Shown: one piece after another, positions 31,132-40,785 of the stretch
Numbering within the stretch: the stretch's first letter is position 1
How the letters are laid out: each line of letters opens with the position of its first letter
NCBI GenBank assembly: GCA_964448725.1
Contig: CAYVAJ010000005.1
Coordinates: 2,137 to 66,136, forward strand
DNA length: 64,000 nt
Reading direction: 5' to 3'
Source of the DNA: an uncultured Gammaproteobacteria bacterium
GTDB lineage: Bacteria; Patescibacteriota; Microgenomatia; Levybacterales; GWA1-39-11
Position numbers and translations under genes: made by a program
The notes under the pieces: generated by a model
Told to the model about the DNA's origin: nothing
Databases searched by the model: none
The model's input: the letters and a program-made list of their open reading frames with translations, nothing else

Positions 31132-31458
31132 TTAAACAGATGGTTTGCTCATTGGTCCCATGAGGTGGAAATGAAGGTGATCAACAAATTGTGAACCGCC
31201 GCCATTTACTTCGATACGATATCCATTATTTTGTAAATTGTTCTCTGAAATTAATTGCTGTAATGCTGATCGGACACTCGGCAATATTACGTCCTCGTTT
31301 AGCTCATAAAACTCTTTTACATGTACTTTGGGTATGACTAGCAAATGTATTGGCTTTTGGGGATGAATATCTTTAAATGCTACAACATGTTCATCTTCGT
31401 ACAAAAATTCAGTCCCCATCTCACCTGCAGCAATTTTGCAAAATATACAATTATCCAT
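31132..31458 (-). CDS. HIT-family (histidine triad) nucleotide hydrolase
   Basis: N-terminal CIFCKI and C-terminal HLHFHL histidine triad. Confidence 0.8.
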   Translation of the reverse strand: MDNCIFCKIAAGEMGTEFLYEDEHVVAFKDIHPQKPIHLLVIPKVHVKEFYELNEDVILPSVRSALQQLISENNLQNNGYRIEVNGGGSQFVDHLHFHLMGPMSKPSV

Positions 31459-31550
31459 AATTCAAAACTACCATAATAATGTAAGAATAACAATTGAGAT
31501 CTGATAATAAATGATATGCTTCTGTAATATATGGCAATATTAGGAATTAT

Positions 31551-32549
31551 TTGGTAATATTAGGTAATATGCTGATTCCACCAAAGTATATTTTGACCCC
31601 TGCAATTACTGAATCACTCCAACGGATTGAAGCAAACCGCCAAGTCATTACAGCGATACAAATTCCAACCGAAGTAGAAACCAACATCCGTCGTCAGTCA
31701 GTCCTTAAAAGCTCACTTTTTTCAGCGCGTATAGAAGGAAATCCATTAACACTTGATGAAGTTGGTCATAACCCCTCAAAGGATCAAAAAAAGCAAGAAG
31801 TATATCAGATTTTAAAGGCACTTGAGGAAGTACGCAAAAGAGGAGCACGAGATATTAGTACTTCATTTATCCTTCGCCTTCATGAAATAGTCATGAAAAA
31901 CCTTACAGATACACCTGGAAAATACCGGCACGAAGTCAGTGCCATTTTTAACAGTGCTGGGATTGCCATTTACATGCCTCCCCCACCTCGGCAAGTACCA
32001 GGCATGATCGAGCGTCTGATCAAATACTGCAACGCATACCGCGAACAATTTATTCCTATTAGAGCAGTACTCGCTCACTACTCTTTTGAGAAGATTCATC
32101 CATTTTTAGACGGAAATGGCAGAGTTGGCAGGCTCTTATTACAATCAATTTTAGAAAAAAATAATTATGGAATGAAAGGACTCTTAACTATTGAAGAATA
32201 TCTTGATACTCACCGAAGTGAATATTACTCAAGCCTCGAAGAATCAGAACGAGATGTAACAGGATATATTGAATTTATGCTTGAAGCCTTGGCTCAAGTT
32301 TCAGAGCAAGCAAAAGAAATTGTACTTTCAAAACAACAAGGAGATATTCATGATTTTTTGCTTCCCAGAAGGTCTGAAATACTCAGAATAATTGAAGAAC
32401 ACCATCTGGTGAATTTTGATATGATCAGGCGCCGTTTTCTAGCAGTCAATGAACGGACACTACGATACGATCTGAAAAAGTTACAAGATGCAGGACATAT
32501 TAGAAAGCGAGGGACAACTAAAGGAGTGTATTATGAAAGAAGTAAGTAA
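31551..32549 (+). CDS. Fic/DOC-family protein (class II, with N-terminal inhibitory motif) and a C-terminal winged-helix domain
   Basis: Canonical Fic motif HPFLDGNGRVGRLL. N-terminal SARIEGN matches the [ST]xxxE[GN] inhibition motif. The track start is TTG; an ATG lies at 31569. Confidence 0.8.
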   Translation: MVILGNMLIPPKYILTPAITESLQRIEANRQVITAIQIPTEVETNIRRQSVLKSSLFSARIEGNPLTLDEVGHNPSKDQKKQEVYQILKALEEVRKRGARDISTSFILRLHEIVMKNLTDTPGKYRHEVSAIFNSAGIAIYMPPPPRQVPGMIERLIKYCNAYREQFIPIRAVLAHYSFEKIHPFLDGNGRVGRLLLQSILEKNNYGMKGLLTIEEYLDTHRSEYYSSLEESERDVTGYIEFMLEALAQVSEQAKEIVLSKQQGDIHDFLLPRRSEILRIIEEHHLVNFDMIRRRFLAVNERTLRYDLKKLQDAGHIRKRGTTKGVYYERSK

Positions 32550-32874
32550 GAATACTACACTTCTTACTATATCTCTTGTAATGAAATTCACAACATGCAT
32601 ATAATAGTTTATGGCAGAGAGAAGACGACCACGGATCGTACATGTACCTTCTGCATCTGTTGGTCCCTCTCGACTCAAACAAACAACACCTGCTCATACC
32701 GCTACCCCCGTATATTACCCACGAGTAAAAGAATGGAATTCTACCGGTCAACGCTTACATGAAATTGGAAATTATCTTTCACCAACTGAGGAAGTATATA
32801 TTCAAACCCCGACAGACCAATCATCGATTGAGAACTCTATGGGGAACCAGACAGACATCATTCCTGAAAAATAA

Positions 32875-33975
32875 TTACCTGCCTATCTTAAACTCTGTAA
32901 CATCGCCATCTTGCATAATATAGTCTCTTCCTTCATTACGCGCTTTTCCATTTTCCCGTGCGCCTTTCCATCCGTTGTACTCTACAAAATCAGCAAATGA
33001 TACAACTTCAGCTTTTATAAATTTTTGCATAAAATCAGTATGGATCTCACCAGCTGCTTCAACTGCATTAGCACCTTTTCTGGTAGTCCATGCACGCACT
33101 TCTTTTTCACCTGCGGTTAAAAATGAAATAAGCACAAGATTTTCATAGGCTTTTTGGATAAGCCGCTCAAGACCAGATTTTTCAACTCCTAGTTCTGTTA
33201 AGTACTCTTTTGCTTCATCATCTCCTAGTTCTGCAAGCTCTGATTCAATTTTAGCTGAAATTACCACAAATTTTTCTTTCGGCATTTGCATAAGATCAGC
33301 GTATTGAGCAATAATATTCGGAATTTTTTCATCATTGTATGAATCTTCATTTACATTCAGTACAATAATTTCATTTTTAGATGAAAGCAAATTTAAATCC
33401 CGAATTGCCTCTCTTTCCTCATCATTTAAAGATACCTCAAATGCATTTCTGCCTGCGCTCAACTCTTTTGTAAGTTTTTCCACAGCAGCTTTCTTAACAG
33501 GGTCAGTTCTTAATGATTTTTCATTTATATTGGTAAGTGTTTGCAGATCAGCAAGCAATAATTCATATCGAATTGTTTCATAGTCTGATTTTGGATCGAC
33601 TGCTCCTTCTTTAATAACATCAGCATCTTCAAACACTCGTACTACATGAGCCACGATCCGCACCTCTCGAATATGTGCTAAAAATTTATTTCCAAGCCCT
33701 GCTCCTTCTGATGCGCCTTTTACTAAACCTGCGATATCCACAAACTCGACAAGCGCCTGTTTAACTGGGGGCAGTTCACTCATACCTTCTTCTATCTTTG
33801 TGATCTCAGCAAGCTTAACTAATCGTTCATCAGGAACTGGAACTACACCAGTATTCGGCTCTATCGTTGCAAATGGATAGTTCGCAGCAAGTGCCGCCTG
33901 TTTTTTGAGTAATGCGTTAAAAAGTGTCGACTTCCCAACATTTGGAAGACCAACAATTCCGATAGATAAATTCAT
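32875..33975 (-). CDS. ychF: ribosome-binding ATPase YchF (Obg-family GTPase)
   Basis: G1 (GLPNVGKSTLFNAL), coiled-coil insert and a TGS-like C-terminus. 366 aa. Confidence 0.85.
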   Translation of the reverse strand: MNLSIGIVGLPNVGKSTLFNALLKKQAALAANYPFATIEPNTGVVPVPDERLVKLAEITKIEEGMSELPPVKQALVEFVDIAGLVKGASEGAGLGNKFLAHIREVRIVAHVVRVFEDADVIKEGAVDPKSDYETIRYELLLADLQTLTNINEKSLRTDPVKKAAVEKLTKELSAGRNAFEVSLNDEEREAIRDLNLLSSKNEIIVLNVNEDSYNDEKIPNIIAQYADLMQMPKEKFVVISAKIESELAELGDDEAKEYLTELGVEKSGLERLIQKAYENLVLISFLTAGEKEVRAWTTRKGANAVEAAGEIHTDFMQKFIKAEVVSFADFVEYNGWKGARENGKARNEGRDYIMQDGDVTEFKIGR

Positions 33976-34041
33976 AGCTTAGAGATTATACCAATTGAAA
34001 CAAGAAAACAGAAGAATACGAGACAATTCATTCATTATGCT

Positions 34042-36231
34042 CTAGAAAGCAACGTACTGTTGGATCATAGCAATAATCCTTGATAGAAAGCTTTGATAGT
34101 ATCTATGACCATCAACACTCCCTTGTTTAGCCGTTGTAAATTTCATCTCATTGCCCCAATCACCTGCTGCACAATCATTCCCTCCTCTGACTTTGATGTA
34201 ATAAGTAGTATTTGGTGATAACTCATTGATTGTAAGTGACATAACACCGGTACTATTCCCAGAAATTTGAGTCCCAAACCGCATATCGCCTGATGTGTAT
34301 CCATAGCTAATAACATAGTTATTAGTATTACTGTGAATTGGCGCAAAATAAATTTTTGCTTTTGTACTTGTCGTATCTATCTGAAAAAGATCAGGGACAC
34401 TATCAGGAGCAATAGCTGAGCATTGTGGAGCCGTAGAACTACTATTTTTCTGTCCCACTCTTGATGAGGAACGTGTAGTAGTGGTCGGTGTGGGGGTTAA
34501 GGTAGGGGTAGGTGTCGGAGTTGGTGAGGGCGTAATAATAAACTCATACGCGCCAATATCAGGAGATACACCTTGAGGAATCGCTGTTCCAATGTGGTCT
34601 GAATCAAGACCAACATCAGTCCCTGCATTGATTGCAGGACTGCTTTCCTGAAGCGTAAAGTCAAAATCAAATAAATCGGTGAATAATGGATCTGCAGAAA
34701 TGCTATGTTCATCAAGACCAGTTGCTGCTTGCCACTCTGAGAGATCAAGATAATAACCTCCTTTATGATAATAGTTATAGTCAGTTCTATTGTTATAGAA
34801 AAGATTATAATCAGAAGTTATAGTACCAGTAACGCTTGCAGGCAACCCGTTATAATTATTATCACCGTCATTTGCAATATTCATAATATTTCCATCTGTT
34901 CCTGCTGGTTCATACAAGATATTGTTTACAAAAACTGGATTAGAAACATTCAAAAAATTCACTAAATTTCCATACTCTGTTGAACCCATATAGAGCGTGT
35001 TATTATAAAATGTAGGACTTATCGATCCTGTGGCAACCCCACCCTGTGTTTGAGTTGCAATGAGGTCTCCTCCGCCAGATTCAGTTGAATAGATAATATT
35101 ATGTGAATACACACTATTTTCTCCTTCTTCTTCAACTGTTATTGAAAGCCCTGGAACATTATTTACGATGACATTACCTGAAATAACCGTTCCTATTGGT
35201 TTTGCTACGTCAGCCTGATCTTCATGTTCTACCATCAAGACATATCCTTTATATACATCATGAATATAGGAGTCTTTGACAAAATTATTCACCGCATCAA
35301 CCCCCACAATGAGTCCTCCACTGTCTACCGTGTTATACCCTTTTGAGACATTATCTTTTCCACCATTGTACAGTTCACAGCGGATACAACCATTATTCTC
35401 CCCTCCTCCAATCCAAATCCCTTCTCCGATATTGTCATGAGCTACAGAATCAATAATAACGTTATTATCTCCTGCTAATGTTCCATATCCAATAACGCCA
35501 ATTCGAAAACCTCTTTGTCCATGCCAAGAAGCAGTGCTATTTGAAACAGTCACATTATCTGATCCAGTAACTACTCCCCACTCAAAACCAGTCTGAATAG
35601 CTTTCGTAGTGTCTATTGAATCAACAGTGATGTAGGATTGTCCATTAAAATCAACACCTCGAAAACGAGTACTGACTTCAATCGTGTGTGAAGATGGATC
35701 TGCTGAATCTGTCGTCCAAATATAAACCGTTTCTGTTTCTGAATCCCAGTAAAACGACCCTGCAACCATTGCAGCTTTACTGCTCTTAACCATTAGACGA
35801 ACATTATCTTCAAATACCTGCCTCGGGTTATAGGGAAATCCTGCCTTCATGTAAATATTCTCACCATCAGGGGTAAAACCAGTTACAATATCTGTACCGA
35901 TAAATAATGGATTATCCCCCGATCCATACGCACCATACTTAATTGGATTTCCTTCTACACCCGATTGATTTACATCAAGTTGTTCTCTCCAGGTACTCCC
36001 TTTTTTGAATAACACTTCATCACCTGGAGATAGTACTGTACTGTCTACTTTTGAAATCGTCTTCCAAGCCTGGTCTGTGGATATACCGCTATTGCTGTCA
36101 TTTCCGCCTACACTATCTACATAATAGGTAGCAGCATAGGACGCTGATGGTTTTATTAAAAGAAAAGAGATTGCGAAAAAAAGTGAAAGAATAAAATAAA
36201 AAACTGGACTTTTATACTTACTCATGAACAT
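34042..36231 (-). CDS. large secreted right-handed beta-helix (pectate-lyase-like) protein with Pro/Thr linker and a C-terminal FN3-like domain
   Basis: Signal peptide. Many NxxxN/GxxV beta-helix repeat signatures. TPSPTPTPTPTLTPTPTTTT linker. C-terminal beta-sandwich (KIYFAPIHSNTNNYVISYG...YYIKVRG). Confidence 0.55.
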   Translation of the reverse strand: MFMSKYKSPVFYFILSLFFAISFLLIKPSASYAATYYVDSVGGNDSNSGISTDQAWKTISKVDSTVLSPGDEVLFKKGSTWREQLDVNQSGVEGNPIKYGAYGSGDNPLFIGTDIVTGFTPDGENIYMKAGFPYNPRQVFEDNVRLMVKSSKAAMVAGSFYWDSETETVYIWTTDSADPSSHTIEVSTRFRGVDFNGQSYITVDSIDTTKAIQTGFEWGVVTGSDNVTVSNSTASWHGQRGFRIGVIGYGTLAGDNNVIIDSVAHDNIGEGIWIGGGENNGCIRCELYNGGKDNVSKGYNTVDSGGLIVGVDAVNNFVKDSYIHDVYKGYVLMVEHEDQADVAKPIGTVISGNVIVNNVPGLSITVEEEGENSVYSHNIIYSTESGGGDLIATQTQGGVATGSISPTFYNNTLYMGSTEYGNLVNFLNVSNPVFVNNILYEPAGTDGNIMNIANDGDNNYNGLPASVTGTITSDYNLFYNNRTDYNYYHKGGYYLDLSEWQAATGLDEHSISADPLFTDLFDFDFTLQESSPAINAGTDVGLDSDHIGTAIPQGVSPDIGAYEFIITPSPTPTPTPTLTPTPTTTTRSSSRVGQKNSSSTAPQCSAIAPDSVPDLFQIDTTSTKAKIYFAPIHSNTNNYVISYGYTSGDMRFGTQISGNSTGVMSLTINELSPNTTYYIKVRGGNDCAAGDWGNEMKFTTAKQGSVDGHRYYQSFLSRIIAMIQQYVAF

Positions 36232-36434
36232 ATGTATCTGTCTGCAATATAGACAAAAAATATTACGTCAAAAACGTATACATATCTATCATATTGATTT
36301 TTTGAGAATAGGTCAAGATATGAGAAACAGAGATTTCATAAATAACTTTTTGGTAACGAAAAACTTTCACTTAGTGGAATATCTGTTTATATTTCAACAA
36401 TATCGGAACTGGAAAGAACTTGACTGATAATTAT

Positions 36435-37070
36435 CTAACTCCAAGGAATTTTTTGGGGAAAATGTTCTTTTATAAATGCTGTATGTGCACTATCTCCATC
36501 ATCGAATAAATCAATTTCTGTTTCTTGACCCTCTGAATCAAAATAACTTGTCTTATTCATAAAATCAGGCATTAGTGCAGATTCTTCCTTCTCCAGCAGT
36601 ATAAGTACCTCCTCATCTGCTTCTATACTTACCACTGGTCCGTGTACGAGTCGATACTCTTTCCTATATGCATCACGCACCACTGGACTAGATTTTATTT
36701 TCCCATCACTTCTATTAACTAAGTCGACATATGCTTTGTCTGATTCTGCTGGTATCCAAACAGCAGCGTAATCAAAACTAATTGGTAAGGATCTTTTGTC
36801 TTTATTAATTTTAGTCCCTGTAACTTCTATTACCATTTCTCGACCAGATTCTGTGGTCTGGTAAAAATATGACGTAAAAAATCTTAAGTCCATATTTCCT
36901 ACACCTACATTCTTAACTTTTTCCAATAACCGTTCTTTCAAATACACATACTTAGTTTCATTCGTATTTTCCTGAATTCTAGTGATAAGCCCTTGTGAAT
37001 TTCTCTCAATAATTTGCTTCCCCTCATTTTCGGCCTGATGTCTTGGGTGATCAGATTCAAGTCGTGTCAT
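36435..37070 (-). CDS. hypothetical protein
   Basis: 211-aa soluble ORF. No family recognised. Confidence 0.3.
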   Translation of the reverse strand: MTRLESDHPRHQAENEGKQIIERNSQGLITRIQENTNETKYVYLKERLLEKVKNVGVGNMDLRFFTSYFYQTTESGREMVIEVTGTKINKDKRSLPISFDYAAVWIPAESDKAYVDLVNRSDGKIKSSPVVRDAYRKEYRLVHGPVVSIEADEEVLILLEKEESALMPDFMNKTSYFDSEGQETEIDLFDDGDSAHTAFIKEHFPQKIPWS

Positions 37071-37184
37071 ACTCGGGATTATAGCACAGGATTACTTCAG
37101 GTTTAACAATAAGATATTCTGATATTCGTAGTGAGATAAAGGTATCTGAGAAAAGTATGGACCGACAATGAGGCCTCCTATAGG

Positions 37185-37658
37185 TTAATTCTTTATTCTT
37201 TTCCTAGTGTCTCTGTCCTCTGAATATGTTTCACTCGCTTCAGGACTTCTTCTATTAATATGAGGAATACGAGGAGTTATCGCAACGGCAACTGTTACAA
37301 TCAGCCCGATGATATTAAAATCAAATCCAAATGCCATACCAATCGCACCTGATACCCAGAGACTTGCCGCAGTAGTTAAATTTCTGACATTAGCACCCTC
37401 TTTTAAGATTAAACCTGCACCTAAAAATCCAATACCTGAGACAATTTGTGCTGCAATTCTGGATTTTGAGGCAGGATCTACAACTGATGACATAAACGTA
37501 AAAAGCATCGCACCTGTAATAACAAGAATATGCGTACTAATTCCTGCATCCTTGCCTCTTGACTCTCTTTCTGCACCAATAATAAAACCAGCCGCCATAC
37601 TCAGGAGTAAGCCTGCAATTAAACGTATTTCGTTTTGGGTAATCAATTCACTTAACAT
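37185..37658 (-). CDS. MgtC/SapB-family membrane protein
   Basis: AGFIIGAERE...GISTHILV...IVSGIGFLGAGLIL is typical of the MgtC family. Confidence 0.7.
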   Translation of the reverse strand: MLSELITQNEIRLIAGLLLSMAAGFIIGAERESRGKDAGISTHILVITGAMLFTFMSSVVDPASKSRIAAQIVSGIGFLGAGLILKEGANVRNLTTAASLWVSGAIGMAFGFDFNIIGLIVTVAVAITPRIPHINRRSPEASETYSEDRDTRKRIKN

Positions 37659-37681
37659 AGAATATATCTTTATATTATTCT

Positions 37682-38179
37682 CTAACTACGAACTTCTATA
37701 CTTCCAAATATTGAAGCTCCGTCTATTAACAACTTTACTGAATTTTGCTTTTTTTTATGGGTACGGTCTTTTACCTCACCAAGGATTCCAACAGCCTCAG
37801 ACTGAACCGTCCAGCCTTCAGGTATTCTAATATTAAGATCGGAAAATACTGCTACTAATTCCATTTTAATTTCTTTCCTCTTCGTCTTAACCTTTGAAAG
37901 GTCAATATCTGAGTCAGAAAAAATAGAAATCACTTTTCCTCCACTGAAATTTTTACTTTCAAGAACTCTATTTGCATCGGAAAATATCTGTACATCGTTT
38001 ACAACATCCTCCTCTGAAGATGATTGAGATCCTCCAAAAGGAGTTCTCTTTCCCCGCAATAGAATTACTCCGAAGGTGATCAGAACCAATGGGAAAATTA
38101 ATCGTCCGATATTTAGACCAAACAATGCAGAAAGACCAATGACTATAAGAATCAAACCAATTATATTTCTCATCTTCAT
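37682..38179 (-). CDS. LiaF-like (DUF2154) membrane protein
   Basis: Two TM helices plus a C-terminal beta domain (ELVAVFSDLNIRIPEGW...ASIFGSIEV) like the LiaF C-terminal domain. ATGA overlap with the upstream gene. Confidence 0.5.
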   Translation of the reverse strand: MKMRNIIGLILIVIGLSALFGLNIGRLIFPLVLITFGVILLRGKRTPFGGSQSSSEEDVVNDVQIFSDANRVLESKNFSGGKVISIFSDSDIDLSKVKTKRKEIKMELVAVFSDLNIRIPEGWTVQSEAVGILGEVKDRTHKKKQNSVKLLIDGASIFGSIEVRS

Positions 38180-38583
38180 CTTTGTTGTATCCTATCCATT
38201 ATACTAAATATTTGGTCAAACTCAGGCGGTAGACTTTGTAATAATGAAGAATTTGTCTGATAAATCACAAAAAGTATTACAAATCCGACTAGAATAAAAC
38301 CTACGATAGTTACTAACCAATGTGTTGCACGGTTTGAACTAAAAATTATCTGAAATCCCCAAAATATCAGAAATAACGGCCAAAATTTCCATAAGCTACC
38401 CCATACCTCCCATGGCACAAGATCAAGTGTATTAAGAAAAAATAGCACTCCTACACCGATCAGAATAAGACCGTAGACAGTATTGCTCTGTTTATTTCCT
38501 GATTGATCATCTGAACTGCCAAAAATAGTGACTCGTTCTTTTGGCAAACTACTTTTCTTGTTCTTTTGCTCCTTTTCTGTCAT
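38176..38583 (-). CDS. hypothetical polytopic membrane protein, co-transcribed with the LiaF-like gene
   Basis: Three to four TM helices. Overlaps the downstream gene by 4 nt. Confidence 0.4.
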   Translation of the reverse strand: MTEKEQKNKKSSLPKERVTIFGSSDDQSGNKQSNTVYGLILIGVGVLFFLNTLDLVPWEVWGSLWKFWPLFLIFWGFQIIFSSNRATHWLVTIVGFILVGFVILFVIYQTNSSLLQSLPPEFDQIFSIMDRIQQR

Positions 38584-38674
38584 ATATCAATTATATAAAA
38601 TTTAGTGATTTTTTACATAGTTACATAACTACTTATCTCACTTAAGAAAAGAGAAACTTGTATAATAGCTACGA

Positions 38675-38908
38675 ATGAAAATACAAATTATTACCCATCC
38701 TAACTCAAAAAACCCACGTATTGAAAAAGATCTTCTAGGAACCATTCATGTATATGTAAATCAACCTCCGCTTGAAGGAAAAGCAAACAAAGCAGTTATC
38801 GAAGCTTTAGCAAATTATTTCAAGGTAAAAAAAAGAAATATCTTGCTCTTATCCGGGCACAAGTCTAAAAATAAGCTTTTTGAAATAATCATTTCATCAA
38901 CTGCATAA
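38675..38908 (+). CDS. DUF167 (YggU-like) protein
   Basis: VNQPPLEGKANKAVIEALANYFKVKKRNILLLSGHKSKNK matches the DUF167/UPF0235 pattern. Confidence 0.7.
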   Translation: MKIQIITHPNSKNPRIEKDLLGTIHVYVNQPPLEGKANKAVIEALANYFKVKKRNILLLSGHKSKNKLFEIIISSTA

Positions 38909-38924
38909 TATCTGCAGGAGTAAA

Positions 38925-39560
38925 TTAAGGCTGAGATCTAATTTTCAAAAGTAATTGTAATACTTCACTATCAGAAACTTGGTCAAAATTGCGGTAGTAC
39001 AAACCGATCGCGCGCAGATCATAAGGACAATGTAAACAGATAAAATCATCAACCAATGTTTTTATTATTTTCCCAGTTTCCCAGTCACATACAGGTACGG
39101 CAAAGATAAGTTCTTTAGGTTCTTGTTTTTTAATTACTTCAATTGCAGCTCGTGCTGTAACACCTGTTGCCAGTCCGTCATCAACAAGAATAACTGTTCT
39201 ATTTTCGAGCTTTGGCAGTGAATTTCCGTTACGATATATGGTAATACGTCTTTGCATTTCCTTAAATTCTTTCTTTTTTACACGCTGTATTTCATCTTGT
39301 GTAATCCCAAGCATAGAAATAGTAGTCTCATCAAGAAATTGAAAACCTCCCTCTGCAATAGCACCTATGCCAAATTCAGGATTACCTGGTGCTCCTAACT
39401 TTCGTACAATAACTACATCAAGCGGTGCAGAGAGATGATTTGCCACCTCATATCCAATTGGGACACCACCCCGAGGCAGCGCCAAAACTATCGCAGAATC
39501 TGTAAATATCTTCAGCTTTTCTCCAAGCTGTCTGCCTGCATCTTCTCTATCTTTAAACAT
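38925..39560 (-). CDS. phosphoribosyltransferase-family protein
   Basis: PRPP-binding loop (VILVDDGLATGVT) and an N-terminal FKDREDAGRQL typical of stand-alone PRTase-like proteins. Confidence 0.65.
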   Translation of the reverse strand: MFKDREDAGRQLGEKLKIFTDSAIVLALPRGGVPIGYEVANHLSAPLDVVIVRKLGAPGNPEFGIGAIAEGGFQFLDETTISMLGITQDEIQRVKKKEFKEMQRRITIYRNGNSLPKLENRTVILVDDGLATGVTARAAIEVIKKQEPKELIFAVPVCDWETGKIIKTLVDDFICLHCPYDLRAIGLYYRNFDQVSDSEVLQLLLKIRSQP

Positions 39561-39652
39561 ATACTCAATATAGTATAACTTTCAGACTTTAAGCACTATT
39601 AAGAAATGGGTAAAAGGTCATTAAATAATGCGAATAATTATAAATAAAAATA

Positions 39653-39922
39653 CTATCGTGTACTATTTTTTAGTCTATTAAGTGCATTGCCCAACTCATC
39701 ATCGCTTGGTTCTACCAACACATCACCGTTGGGGAATACAATAGTTGGTACAGATCGCATGCCATTATTTATTTTCAGAACTTTCTCTGCCGCATCAGGC
39801 ACTTCATCAATATTTATATACTCGTATGATACTCCACGGGAATCTAAAAAATGTTTTGATCGTGCACAATCATGACACCATGTTGTTGCATAAAATTTTA
39901 TTTTTCTGTTTGTATTATTCAT
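39653..39922 (-). CDS. glutaredoxin-like (NrdH/YruB-type) thioredoxin-fold protein
   Basis: CHDC active site in KIKFYATTWCHDCARSK, and a cis-Pro region (VPTIVF). Confidence 0.65.
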   Translation of the reverse strand: MNNTNRKIKFYATTWCHDCARSKHFLDSRGVSYEYINIDEVPDAAEKVLKINNGMRSVPTIVFPNGDVLVEPSDDELGNALNRLKNSTR

Positions 39923-39924
39923 AG

Positions 39925-40776
39925 TCAGGTTTGCAAAAAGGGCAGAATGTATTTTGGTGGCGCAATACCTTTTTCATATTCTTCTTGAAGCTTGGAATAT
40001 TTGTCTATTCGTTGCGGATACCAGTCCTGTCCTTCAAGAATAGTGTCATTTTTATGTTTTTGATATACATATTCAAATGCGATTACCGTATTTTTGTATG
40101 TATCATTAGAAACACGTCCATCTGTACCAAACCGTTGATGATAATGATATAGTACTTCTGGTACGAAGAGTAATCCTTGCGGATATTTCTCACTCAGCTG
40201 CAGTGCAAACTCCCAATCTTCCAATGCACCAAGATCAACATGCTCATCAAAACGAATTCCATCCTCAATAACTTTCCGAGAATGCATAAAGCCAATATTA
40301 TCAAAATGAAATGTTTTTAAACCAATATCTTTTGTCGTAATTTGTTCAGGAAAATGGTCAGAGTTATCTATTTCTCGTACTAAAAAATTTTCTACATATA
40401 ATTCTAATGTTTTTTTACCACGGGGAATTGCAAAAACAATGTCTTCTGCACGAGTAATATACTGCATCATTACTTCCAGATGATTTAGAAATAACTCATC
40501 ATCATCGTCAAGATAGGTTATCCACTCACCTTTTGCCATATCTAAGGCAGTATTACGAGCGGCTGATGGTCCTTTATTTATATCATGTCGAATATATCGT
40601 ATTCTCTTATCTGAGTACTCCTTTACTTTATCAGATGTATCGTCTGTGGAAGCATCATCGACAATAATGTATTCAAAATAAGGATATGTTTGTGATAATA
40701 CACTTTCGATCGCATTACCAAGCATATATGCGCGATTATGTGTAGGAGTAATAACAGTCACTAAAGGAGTATTCAT
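39925..40776 (-). CDS. family 2 glycosyltransferase
   Basis: VTVITPTHNRAYMLGNAIESVLSQTY..EYIIVDDASTDDT, and a DDD-type motif (YLDDDDE). Confidence 0.75.
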   Translation of the reverse strand: MNTPLVTVITPTHNRAYMLGNAIESVLSQTYPYFEYIIVDDASTDDTSDKVKEYSDKRIRYIRHDINKGPSAARNTALDMAKGEWITYLDDDDELFLNHLEVMMQYITRAEDIVFAIPRGKKTLELYVENFLVREIDNSDHFPEQITTKDIGLKTFHFDNIGFMHSRKVIEDGIRFDEHVDLGALEDWEFALQLSEKYPQGLLFVPEVLYHYHQRFGTDGRVSNDTYKNTVIAFEYVYQKHKNDTILEGQDWYPQRIDKYSKLQEEYEKGIAPPKYILPFLQT

Positions 40777-40785
40777 AGCAGTTAC

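Noticed and set aside
32611-32874. 87-aa ORF in the fic-ychF gap as a protein-coding gene
   Set aside because: The translation is Pro/Ser/Thr-rich and low in complexity. The region is better explained as a possible non-coding RNA. I scanned by eye for tmRNA, RNase P, SRP and 6S RNA signatures and found none.
36224-36427. 67-aa ORF upstream of the beta-helix gene
   Set aside because: It lies in the promoter region and is AT-rich with no Shine-Dalgarno sequence. Likely spurious.
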